NCBI RefSeq assembly: GCF_022539665.2
Contig: NC_081332.1
Coordinates: 2,356,001 to 2,420,000 of the forward strand
Length of the DNA stretch: 64,000 bases
DNA from: Daphnia carinata
Lineage: Eukaryota
Reading direction: 5' to 3'
Positions 1 to 11,700 of the stretch are shown here, piece by piece. The first letter of the stretch is position 1. Each line of letters opens with the position of its first letter. Below the pieces are notes generated by a model, which saw nothing but the letters and a program-made list of their open reading frames with translations, did no database searches and was not told the DNA's origin. A program made the translations under genes and the position numbers.

Positions 1-2920
1 GGATTGGCATCCATTTTTTTTTCTTTTGAGCCCGGGCCCTGTTCAAGTCCTACGTAATAGTTCCTTCTTTTTTTTTTTTTTTTTTTGGTGTGTTTATTTA
101 TGAATTTATTTCATTTGTTTTTTTGTTTTTTTTTTTTAAGTCCTATTTCTTTCCCCCCCCCCCCCCCCTTCCAGAGACGTAAATGTCAGCTGTTTTTGAC
201 GGTCGTGTGATAACGACGATGATGACGTGACAACTATCATATAAGACAAATGTGATCTTTTCGTTTTGAGAGGGGAGTTAGGAAAAGATGACGAGAAAAA
301 GAAACAAGAAAAACATAAAACAAAAGGTGTGTGTGTGTGTGTGTAGATAGTCAAGTCAAAAAGTATTTTAATTGTTTCCTCCCGATGGTGGTCGGAGGAG
401 CACACAACTATAGTTCCTCACAAAAAATGCACCTTTTTGCTGTGACGATGTCTGTTGCCAAAACAAAAACAAAAACTATTTTTTTTTGGTTGGCGGCTCA
501 TTTCAGTGAAACAACGTGCGATCAGGTCATCATTTGTTTAAATTTTTTGAGTTAGGTCATTGTCTTTACAGTGAGGTTCCTAAAAAAGAAATGCTTTAGC
601 GGTTGTTATGTTCAGTATGTGCGTGTGTAATGTGGTCCATTTGGTGCGATAGGGTTTTTATTTAAAGAGGGGGAGGGGGGGGGGGCTGTAACCACGTACC
701 TTTTTGAAAAAAAGAACCATCGCCACACCCTCAAGCTCTATGAGACGTCATTCTTGTATTCGTCATCTACACTTTGTTAATTTTTTTTCCTTCCACCTCC
801 CCGATGTATGGCAACTCGGAACGACCTGATCAATTTCAAATGGGGAATTGAATGTCTTCGTTTATCTTTCGATAGAGTCGGATCCCTCCCTCGCGATGAA
901 TGTGAACGATGAATCTGATGCTTTCAAAGCGCCAACGTAAACCAGCACCTATATAACAAGATGTCGATGCAAATGTGTGTGTGTTTTTTGGTTTTTTGAC
1001 AACTTAATCCCCGTGATTGATTCTGTCCCTCGATTTTCAACGTGTTTTTGTTTGTTTCTATCTCACGCGTTCTGGTCTACATGTCGATTGTTACACACCT
1101 CCCCCTGATAAGAAAAGACAAAACGCAAACGAGTTATGACGAGCCAGTCGACCGTTTTTTTTTTCTCTTCGTGTTGTGTTTCATTTGTGCCCATTTTTTT
1201 TTTTTTTTTTTTGGTTTTAAGTAATTGGGTTGAAAAAAAATGATGCGTTGACTGGCCTTAAAGAAACTCGAAATGTTCCTAATTATGTTCCTCGGGTACG
1301 GGTGTTTTCTGCGTACATTGCGAAACACGACCCATCCTTTTGCGTGTGTGTGTGTATGTGTGCGACACACTGTAATTTGTTTCTTTCAGTCAATCCCTGC
1401 CGACCGAATGAAAGATCGTTTTTTTTTTTAAAGATAGAAGTCTATGGGGAAAAAAGACACGTGGCATTCGTACACCAGTTTTGCCGGTTCGATCCCGTCG
1501 CACGGCTTGTAAATCACATTTGTATCCTTGTCCATTTTCATAGTTGTCATTTTTCTTTTCTTCTCCATCCTGCGTCTAGTGTCTGTTGACTGTTAATTTT
1601 ATAATTGTAGTTGTGTGTGTGTGTGTGTGAAAGTATCGTGAAAGCGAATGTCGTGTCTTCTTTGAAAACAAAGGAGAAACAAAACCAGAAAGAAAGGAAA
1701 CTGTGTTTTTTAAAACAAGAATAGTTGATTTAGTTCCGGTTTGGAACGTTATCTGTGTAAAAAAAACAAAACAAAAAACAAAAAAAACAAAACAAAAACC
1801 GTCTTGTTTCCAAAATGTTCGATCCTCTTCTATTTCTCTATACATAAAAATTTGTACATTTGTATCCTTTTTGAAGATGTTTCGTTCGCAGATGGCTGGT
1901 CTATGGGGGACTGGTTCCCGTACATCAGGTTTTTTTTTTTAATGAGTGGATTTGTTTTGATGGTGTAGCATCGCAAGGGCACGAAAGATATCGTTTTCTT
2001 TTTAATTTCAAAAACAATCGGTTGCCATTTTTTTTTTCTTTTTCGATTCTCGTTTGAAAAATTGGTTCGTTGGTGGTAGTTGGATTATAAGGAACTCAAA
2101 TGTATTTTTGAGTGCTCTAGCAGATGTTGGCAGAGCCGTTGAGTTCTCAGCTGGTGTGGAAGACGGCAAGAAAAAGCTCTCGAGTCCAAGAAAGCACGTT
2201 CTCGCAGCCGGCAAGCATTACGTAGTATTGTAAAACCTATCAAATCCCCTTTTCTATTATCCTCCTTTTCCTTTTAAAATATTTTTTTTTTTATGTTGTA
2301 TATGACAAAGAACGCCCCCTTACTCCCCCGTTTAAATCCACCCCCACCGTCACTCTTCGTGCTTTCCCCCCCTGTAATCTGTCCCCTCATTGTGTTTTTC
2401 CTTTTTTTTTTTTTGTACAGACCTACATTTCGTTGGATGGAAATTTGAAATGGTTTTTCTGTTGTCAGTCGTGGAAACAAGCAAAATACATCATTCTGTA
2501 TTAACCATTTTTTTTTTCTCTTTGATTTTCAAGCAATGCACCTGGTTGTGTTGAAGAATTCGAAATTCTTTCTGTTATTTTTATTCACTTTAATCATTTT
2601 CGTTTTTGCTGCAATTCGGGCAGATTTCCTGTTGATTATTAAAGTAGACGATAGCAGAAACAATGTAGCATTGTTACGGATGGTAAATTTGAGCTTTGCC
2701 TACCACCACGGGAGCAAACATCGCACAATTTGAAATTTTTTGTTAGTAATGTCATATTCGTCGCTGCAAAAATTGCAGTCTACCTTTAAATCTGACCCTA
2801 CGGCTCAACTAACGAGCCACTAAGAAAAAAAAAGACGTCGGTCGGGTGCAAAATTTCATTACAATGTATTGATCCAAACATTAAATATGGATTGTGGTTT
2901 GCCTCTCATCAACCACACGT

Positions 2921-4527
2921 TCAAGGCGCGTTTTTCTTATTCTTGTCTTTGATACTATATTTTTCATATGTTTTCGTAGGGTCATACGGCTCCCACCTAT
3001 GATATACAAAGCGTGTATGTTACAAATCTCATTTAGGTATGTTGTTAAACCTTCAAAATAGGCAAACTAAATGAAAAAAAAAAAATCGATACCTGGATGC
3101 TGGGAATATGTGCTTGTTTCTTTCATACCAACTTCTCAGCAGTACTTTGCCAGCGTGAGATTCATCCTTCTCCACGCTTGCATCGCTTACTATTCGAATG
3201 TCGTCATGAACATCGAAACTGAACAAGGGACCACTTTTTCCTCTTGCCTGAAAAACATTGAAATAAAATAAAAGTAATCAAACAGATATAAATAGATAAA
3301 CGACTCGCTACGCTGAGAAATGTATCTCAATTCGAGGGAATACCTTTGTGACTATAAAATCATAAAACGAATAATGGTGAGGTATTATGAGATCCTCTTT
3401 CACATACATCAACTGGTCGGCAGAAATTGTTTTCAATTCATGGAAATCTTTCCTTAGTGACTCGAGGCAACGCTGCAAAAATTGATAAATCGTGTTTCCT
3501 AATGGGAAAATAACATTGTAGAGACAATGTAATTCAAACATTTGAAAGTTTACCTTTTTTCATGCGAGTCGTTTTCCTATGACCCGACCCGTCCCAATAG
3601 CTAATTCAAAAATAAAGTGTTAATTAAAAATTTGTGAGATAGCATCGCGTGTACGCATGATAAAAAATTACATGCCTGTAGGTAATTTCTATAGGTTCTT
3701 GTTTTAAAGCTTCTTGTTTAGTTACCCATTCCTGGAATAGTTGTCATTTTTCCAAGGTTGTTATTAGATTAATACTTGTACACTATCTTGTGCTACATAC
3801 TTGACGAAGTTCCTCGCGAAGTTTATTTTCTTCTTCTTCTCTGTCTCTGTCAGGCAAAAAACTCGTGTCTACATCGGGGTTTTTATTTCCTTTAATTTTT
3901 TTTGCCACAGGTTCCCCTTCACTGTTATCCAATACATCGGTTTTTGGCGAGGAGGCACTTTGCTACAAACATGAACACATTCCATGAATAATGGCACAAA
4001 CAGGTATGCTTACAAGTACTTTAACTTACAATTTCTTCGTGGTCTTCCTCTTCTTCTTCATCACCGTCTAATTTAAAAGACAGGGATTTAATTTGCTGTT
4101 TCTGTTTCTTTTTTTCTGCTCGTTTGGCTTCCAATTCTCTTTCAATTTCTCTCTCTTTTTCTTTAAGTTTTTTGGCTAATTGTTTTTCTCTTTCTTGAAC
4201 AATCACCTCTTGCTTTGCTTTCATTTCATCTAGTGTCACTAGACCAATTGTTGAAGTCTAGAATAAACAAAAGAAACAATTGCTGAGTATGGAACATATC
4301 AGGTTTACAACTGAATTATTGTTATAGCTGGCTTATTTAAAACAAACCTTTAACTGTTGTTCTACTGCATCATAATGTGTAGCAAATTTATCTTTTATTC
4401 CAGAGAGTTTGAGTTCTTCTTCAATTTTCTTTTTGCGAAACTCAACTTCTTCCTGGGCTTTTTCTCGTTTCTTCATCATCTGCATTGCTCTACTCCCTTC
4501 ACTGGCAGCTCCTTTGTATTGCGCCAT
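2921..4527 (-). CDS. FAM50A: FAM50A/XAP5-family nuclear, spliceosome-associated protein; 8 coding exons (approx. 4527-4348, 4257-4030, 3962-3801, 3731-3676, 3600-3554, 3498-3344, 3247-3093, 2996-2921)
   Basis: Spliced translation gives [23 protein letters not shown]..., [92 protein letters not shown] and [30 protein letters not shown], all hallmark XAP5 motifs. Intron phases are consistent. Confidence 0.96.
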
Positions 4528-4905
4528 GTTGAATGAGGTTCTTCACCTGTTTGATATCTGGAACAGCAAGTCTTAATCAAAATCGAACTTCGAATTCCCT
4601 GTTTGCTGTTTAAAACTGATTTTTATGACAGCGAAAACGTAAAATCACAGAAACTAAAACGAACAAGGAATCTTACCTCAAATAACTAAAAAAAAATTGG
4701 CTTTAATATTTTTCTAGTATTGTTTTTGAAAACCTTGTTTTGACGCCGTCAAAATTTCTTCGTCGTATACAAAAATCCCTTGTTTGTTGTTATTTGCTGT
4801 TGCACTTGCACTCAAACAAATCTTGTCTGCACTTCGTTCGTTTTTTTTACAACGGCCTTATGACTCGACTTCGTTACCAGGTTACCAATAGAATTACATT
4901 CTCAC

Positions 4906-4984
4906 CATAGTGTAGTACAAAGGAGGTGAAACAACTCTCCTTTTAACAGCCCACCGGCCCACCTCGAGTGAAGCCTGTTTTCGG
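4906..4984 (+). repeat. Left imperfect terminal inverted repeat; weaker similarity continues to about 5060
   Basis: Aligns by eye with the reverse complement of 7761-7831. Further blocks (AGAGAC..TAGCC.AC, TAGTTCAA.CAA) align with about 7677-7750. Confidence 0.8.
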
Positions 4985-5135
4985 ACGAGGAGGTGTGGCC
5001 TAACTTAAGAGACTTATAGCCAACACCACCATCGGAATAAGTTAGCAACTAGTTCAACAACAAATCAGTCATTTTATTCGTACTGAAAACGTTAATGGTG
5101 TGTGTTGTTAACGCATTGATAGCATTCTTGCAGAA

Positions 5136-7224
5136 ATGGTAAATAAATTGTGCTTCGTCGATGGTTGCCAAACTCGAAGTAATCAAGAAAATGGCCCTGC
5201 CGCGTTCTTCCGTCCGCCAAAGGATAATTTCGATGAGTGGAAAACAATTTTCCCAGAGAAAAAACTTATGCAGACTTCTCGTTTCTGCTGGAAGCATTTT
5301 GATGACGAAGACATCGTTAAGGGGAAAATGATAGGCGAAGAATTTTACCCCCAGGAACGTTGGCGTCTCAAAAAAGGAGCTAAGCCAAAACATCTTCTAG
5401 GTATACTGAGGTTACATTGTCCCTTGTATATTTCTTTGTCACTATTATTTTCTACTTGCACACCCTGCTCCAACAGCCAAAGCTAATCTTCCACCATTGA
5501 CAACTTTGAGTACTAATCCAGGTAATCTAGTTACATGATGAATGAGTGCCTCTTCTAATGGCTGTAGAATTTGCTAATATTCTCATTTGTATTCTCTGCC
5601 ACAGTTGGGAAGAACCATTTAAATTCAAGATTGAAGACCATCAGTTCTATTTTGGATGCACCGTCTAGGTCATCATCCACTGTTCTCTCAAACAGTAAGA
5701 CCACACACAGCAGCTCACATCTGGTTGAGGTGATGATGGACCATACATATTATATTTCTTTGGATCCGGAAATGCAATTGCCCAAGCGATCAGTTCCATC
5801 GATCGGTATACCGTTTCTGAGATACTTTAGCAAATTATTTAAAAATTTTCTGACTGATGCACTTGCCAACATTTAGAATCCAATGTGTCATTGCCACCTG
5901 CCTCCAAAGATGTTTCTATTAATTCTGAAACAGAAACCCGAGAGCTGGATCTCAATCCCAATGACTGTTTGATGAGCCATGAAGGTACATTAAGTTGAGA
6001 TTTTTAAACCCTATTGAATCTCATTTGATAATTGATCATGATTTAGGTACAAGCACAGACTCGACACTACCTAGCCCAGATCCGATCGAATTGATAGGTC
6101 TTAAACCCACTGATGTTTCTACTGATGAACAATCTAATTTGGCTGAGCCTTCGGTGGGATTTAATGGTATATGGTTTCCTGTTGACGTTAACTTCATCGT
6201 ATGTGCTCGCGCTAAATAACCGTTAAGCCATCTATTTTCAGATTCTGCTATTGATGCAGTTGCCTTTCAAGCTTTAAAAGAAAATGTGAGACTTCCATCT
6301 GATTCTTGGAGTTGGATGCATAACGGCAAAACCGCTGCCTGTATGAGTTGGTTTGATGCCCCCGACGGAAGTTTAGTTATAAAGACACTCAGAGTTCTAT
6401 CAACAAAAAGTGTGTCTTTCCACGTTGGGGGGAAACCAGTTTTACCGAATGTCAAAAAAAGCTATCGCGACTACGCCGAAATTAGCGGCTTTATCAAAAC
6501 CCTCGATGGTCATAAGGTGTGCAAAGGAATCATTAATTCTTCGGTTGTGAATGTTACGGCAAAATGCGCCATTTCAAAAGATGGCGATGTTTGGCGGTCG
6601 ACGTACTGCAGCTATTTAGCAAATTCGAAAAGTGAGCTTTGCACTGGGTGTTCTAAGGCGTTGAGATATATAAAGAAGAGATCTGTCAGTAACAAAAAAA
6701 GAGGGATATCTAAGAAGAAGCTGGTTATAGCGAATCAAAAAATTAGGCGGATGAAGTCAAGAGAAATGGTAACCCGAAGCATTCAAAATTTTCATGTAAC
6801 AACTTGTCACCAATATTTTTGTTTTCTTTCAGGTTTTTGCATCGAAACTCAAAGCAATGCAAGACAAGTGCTGCGCATTAGAAGCAGATTTAAGGGACAA
6901 CAGCTTTGAAGCTGTCATGAAGAAATTAAGTGAACAGGTATAAGGATCGTGTAGTAGATAGCTATATATCTGTTCTCATATATTAAAACTTGTCTACTAT
7001 TATCAGAACAGAATAATAAGGAGATTTGCCAAATAATTTCGACGCAGATGCAGACAAGATCTCGAACTAAAGGTGGACTTAGTGTTTGTCACAGTAACAC
7101 AGTACCAAATTTTGTGAGCCGTTTGAAAAAGAGGTCTCGAAACACTAATACCAAATTTTGTGCGCCGTTGAAAAGGTCTCGAAACTCTAGTCACTTAATC
7201 ACATTGTTATCGCTGATACCTTAA
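5136..7224 (+). CDS. THAP zinc finger + Ser/Thr-rich linker + Cys-containing region + basic coiled coil, resembling the N-terminal half of a P/THAP9-type transposase; approx. exons 5136-5400, 5477-5521, 5605-5806, 5877-5984, 6047-6166, 6242-6768, 6833-6937, 7012-7224
   Basis: MVNKLCFVDGC...FFRPP...W...SRFCWKHF...WRLKKGAKP fits the C2CH THAP pattern. GT-AG introns of 60-85 nt join the exons in frame. The later part reads VCKGI...WRSTYC...CTGCSKALR...KKLVIANQKIRRMK. An AATAAA lies at about 7433. The last exon is less certain. Confidence 0.8.
7103..7189. repeat. Two-copy ~46-bp imperfect tandem duplication
   Basis: TACCAAATTTTGTGAGCCGTTTGAAAAAGAGGTCTCGAAACACTAA is followed by TACCAAATTTTGTGCGCCGTTGAAAAGGTCTCGAAACTCTA. 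Confidence 0.9.
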
Positions 7225-7760
7225 AAAAGAATGTGTCACGAAGGTGAAACTAACTGCTGCCTCTCTTCTGTGATCCCCATTGGCATTCTAATATGAGAAC
7301 TTACATAATGGAATGTGTAAAAGTGAAATATTATTTCGAATCTAAACGTTTGAAACATGTGTTATTGTTCAAAGACCAAAAGGAGGTCCAGGCAAGTTGC
7401 AAACTAGCCAAAATTGCTCATATCAAAGATGTAATAAAAAAGTAGTAACTCAGGTTGATTTTTATTTATTGTAAAATTTCAAGTGTTTCAGTGTTACTGC
7501 ATGCTATATAAGCCTCATTATTTATAATGGGCTACTTTTAAACGACAAAATTGATCATTAAATTTATTCCAAACGAACTAAGCATACAAATAGGATAACA
7601 TAATATCAGAAAGGTTATAACGGTAAATTTCATGTCATCTTATTGCCATGGCGATTGCTGTTAGGGACAATTCCCCTTGTTTGAACTAAGAATATTTTCC
7701 AATTGGGTGCAGCCTTTACCATTCAAGGTCGGCTACTAGGCGTCTCTAGCTAAAGTGAAC

Positions 7761-7831
7761 CCGAAACAAATACAGGCTTCAATCGAGGTGCGCTGTTACA
7801 ACGAGAGTTGTCACCTCCCTAGTACACCATG
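7761..7831 (-). repeat. Right imperfect terminal inverted repeat
   Basis: Its reverse complement begins CATGGTGTACTAGGGAGGTGACAACTCTC, matching the left end at 4906. Confidence 0.8.
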
Positions 7832-8724
7832 CTTTCACGGCCTTCCACAAAAAGAGTTTTCTCAGTGCTGCCATCTTGCGATCAAAATGGAATTTACGTT
7901 TCATTATTACAAATTCAACCGAATATCGGCCATCGCGCCAGTATGTTACGCTATTTCGCATACTCTGGTGCTCTAGCCGTCTACGTACAGTACTTAATAA
8001 ATTCCCATTTTCCCATGGAATAGCATAAGAACCAAGTCATTGCAACATTTTGTATCTGTAGAATCGATGAAAAAATTGTCGTAAACAAGAAAAGTGTAGA
8101 TAAAAATGTAATTTTTTAAAAATTTTCGTACTCTGGAGTTGCACTATATTCAACAGACATGAAAAAAGTATCATTCTTTTTAAAAATTTATTGTTGATGT
8201 CAATTCTTTCATAACTTTGTTTTAAGAAATTCATTGGAGCTTTGGCCCACAGCGCCATCTCCTGGTATTGCCAAATGAAACTGAATCTCTTCAGTTGTTG
8301 CACTTCGCGGAGGGTAGGTAGGCAGTCGTACGTACATGGTTTCATGCATAGCGTTTCCGAACTCTTATATCTCTCTGCTACCAATGTATTTGGTTCATAC
8401 GGCGATGGTATCCGCTCTCTGTGTCTTTGGAGAATAACTCTTCTTGCAACATGGCGGTCGTGCAATAAATGTAAAGGTGCAGGGTAGAAGACTCTAGTGT
8501 TGAATGATTAACAAGTGAGTTTCGAAAGCAACAATCGCAAGTTTTTTTCAGTGGGGCGATTGTTTTTCCGGTGGCGGAAAAGTTAATACTGGCTCTTTTT
8601 TTCAAGACGAAAGTTTCTTGCCTTACCAACTAATTGTGTCGATATTGAGTTTCAAGAGAAGTGTCGGGTGTATTTTATAGGCACGTCATCTGCAAAAACT
8701 TGAATAGAAGATACCGAATTTGAC

Positions 8725-11700
8725 ATGTCATCTTCAATGTATTGCCTGTTATTCATGGATTTAGCTGAACGGTTCCAGATCAAACTGAGTATGGCATCAA
8801 GACACAGTCCGCATCAACAGCAGGCTGTACCAAATGCCCAGCAGCATCAACAGCAAAATAAGAATATTACTTCACTTCTGTCAAAACTTCATGGTGCATT
8901 TGCTGAAGCGATGGCTCCTCCCAAATTAATGATAGACCGCCGTGCATTAGAAAAAACATGGAAACTAATGGACAAAGTGGTTAAACTCTGCCAACATTCT
9001 AAAATGAATTTAAAGAATTCTCCACCATTCATCCTTGACATACTTCCAGATACCTACCAGCATTTGCGTCTCATCTACACAAAATATGAGGACAATATGG
9101 TAGCACTGAACAATGAAGAATACTTCAAAGTGTTCATTGAAAACCTTATGCGGAAGTGCAAACAAGCTATCAAGCTGTTCAAGGAAGGAAAGGAAAAGAT
9201 GTTTGATGAAAATTCTCACTATAGACGCAACTTGACAAAGCTAAGTTTGGTGTTCAGCCACATGTTAAGTGAATTGAAAGCCCTTTTTCCTGGTGGCATG
9301 TTTGCTGGTGGACAATTTAGAATTACAAAAAGTGATGCTGCTGACTTCTGGCGTAATTCATTTGAGGACAGGTAAACTAAATTATGTACTTAGCAAGCAC
9401 TTGAACTTTCATTTTATGTTACATTTTCTCTGCGTAATTTAATAGTTTCCTCCCTAGTCATAGCAAGCCTTTTGAGCTGTTCTTTTATTTTGTCATTGGC
9501 TTTGTTACACTTATTTTAATATTTGAAGCCATTTCATGTGAATATAAAGAAATTGTGTATACCATGGCTCAAGAGGTTTTAGAATGCAGAAGGGCATTAT
9601 GTTTTAAAAAAGTATTTGATATATTGCATTTAGTTTATGGGACGAAGTTGTGGTTTATGAAAGGTCCAATCAACCATACGAAAAAGCGATAAATTCTAGA
9701 TAATTTACATCAGGAAATCCTGGCAGATAGGCTATAGTATTTCCGTTTAACGGATGGCTTTCGTCACCTTGCGTTCTTAGTAACAAAAAATGCATTATAT
9801 TTCAGAACCATAGTTGCATGGAAAATTTTCAGGCAAACCTTGCACGAAGCCCACCCGATCAGCTCTGGTCTGGAGGCCATGGCTTTGAAATCGACGATCG
9901 ACTTGACTTGCAATGACTATATCTCCAACTTCGAATTTGATGTTTTTACCCGGTAAGACTGATTCGCTCGCTAATTTCATGTGTGAATCTGTGTTTGATT
10001 AACAATTTTTCTACGAGGGTTGCGCTTAAAGCGATGGGCCATAATACGGTGCCCACATATATATATTGAACATTTCTAGCTTTTCATCAATTGCCATTAT
10101 CGCTGCTTTGTTATAATGAAATTGTGTCTCAAGTGAGATCATTTTTACCGTCATCATCATTGCTGGGTCGTGGGTTCTTTTCACTGACATCAGTTTCCGA
10201 CTTAGTTGCTGACATATCCCGTTATTTAGTTTTTAAGACTTCATTCAATTTAGACCTTTTTGACTTCGCTTATTCTGTATAGCAGTAGTTTAGAGTGGAA
10301 TTCAAGTGGGTGGGCTATAGCTGTACAAAGTGTGGTTATTCTATTACATTTTTTGTGGTGACAAATTTTACTTGTCATTTGTAGATTGTTTCAACCGTGG
10401 TCCACCTTATTACGAAACTGGCAAATTCTGGCCGTCACTCACCCAGGCTACGTGGCGTTTCTGACCTATGACGAAGTTAAAGCAAGATTGCAGAAATATA
10501 TAAACAAACCTGGAAGGTAATCATAAGTTTAAAGCTACCTGTTGCTAAGTTTTTAACCGTGTCGTTATTTCAATAATAAATAATAAAAATTAATTGTTTG
10601 TTCAATCTTTACCCACTTTGTATAGTTACGTTTTCAGATTAAGTTGCACCCGCTTGGGTCAATGGGCCATCGGATATGTTACTGCAGATGGAACTATTTT
10701 GCAGACAATTCCCCAGAATAAATCTCTCTGCCAAGCATTACTTGATGGGTTCAGGGAAGGATTGTAAGTTAAAATTATTTGCGCTTTCTCAGTACAATAC
10801 CTTTAAGACGTTAGTTTCAGTTTCTTCGACGCATTCGAGTTTTTGTACCTCTCTATCTCGATTCCCTCGTAGTTCTTTCATTTTTAATTCATGTTGCTCT
10901 CTTCGTTAAAAGAAAACTTAATGAAACGAATGATAGCAGGCACCTGTTATATATAATCAAGAAGTACGTGGCAAAATCGGAAAACGTAAAGAATGCGTCG
11001 CAGAAATAACAATGCATAACAACAAACATTTAACATGATTTCTCCTTTTAATCGCATTGAAGCTATTTATATCCTGACGGTCGATCTGTGAATCCCGATC
11101 TTAGCTGGGCTGTAGCGGCAACACCTGAAGACCATATCCAAGTGACACAAGAACAGTATGAGCTCTACTGCGAAATGGGATCTACTTTCCAGTTGTGTAA
11201 AATCTGTGCCGAAAACGATAAAGATGTCCGCATAGAACCGTGTGGTCATTTGCTCTGCACGCCTTGCCTTTCGTCGTGGCAGGTAAAGGCATACTTCTTT
11301 GACTCGATTGTTTTTTTTTTTGTGTGTGTGAAATTTTTATCAGTAGTGTGATCATCTGTGATTTAAAATGGCATGTAACAGGAATCTGAAGGACAAGGAT
11401 GTCCTTTTTGTCGTGCGGAAATCAAGGGAACAGAACTGGTGGTTGTTGATCCATTTGAACCTAGCAAGAACAACATTCGATCTGTATTGAATTCAGCCAA
11501 CAATAACAGTGCTCTCAATATTGCCATTGGAAACGAGTCCATGGGACACGAAGAGGTACTAGGCATCGCACATCGATGAATGAAGCGTAACTTTCCTTGT
11601 TCATCTATCTTTCGCTGTCTGTCTGCTTTCGTGATGTTTTGTTTGCCCCGCTATTCGTATATCTCGTATGGGTGTCTAAAATGGATTGAGCTTTTGCCTT

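Larger units (their letters stand above)
4906..7831 (+). mobile_element. Internally deleted P/Galileo-superfamily-like DNA transposon (~2.9 kb)
   Basis: The left end CATAGTGTAGTACAAAGGAGGTGAAACAACTCTCCTTTTAACAGC...CACCTCGAGTGAAGCCTGT matches the reverse complement of the right end, CATGGTGTACTAGGGAGGTGACAACTCTCGTTGTAACAGCGCACCTCGATTGAAGCCTGT. The flanks are TTCTCAC and CTTTCAC (5/7 identical). A THAP-domain gene lies inside. Confidence 0.78.

Noticed and set aside
8037..8629. 142-aa and 83-aa minus-strand ORFs upstream of Cbl
   Set aside because: No recognisable domain or exon structure. They overlap the likely Cbl promoter and 5' UTR.
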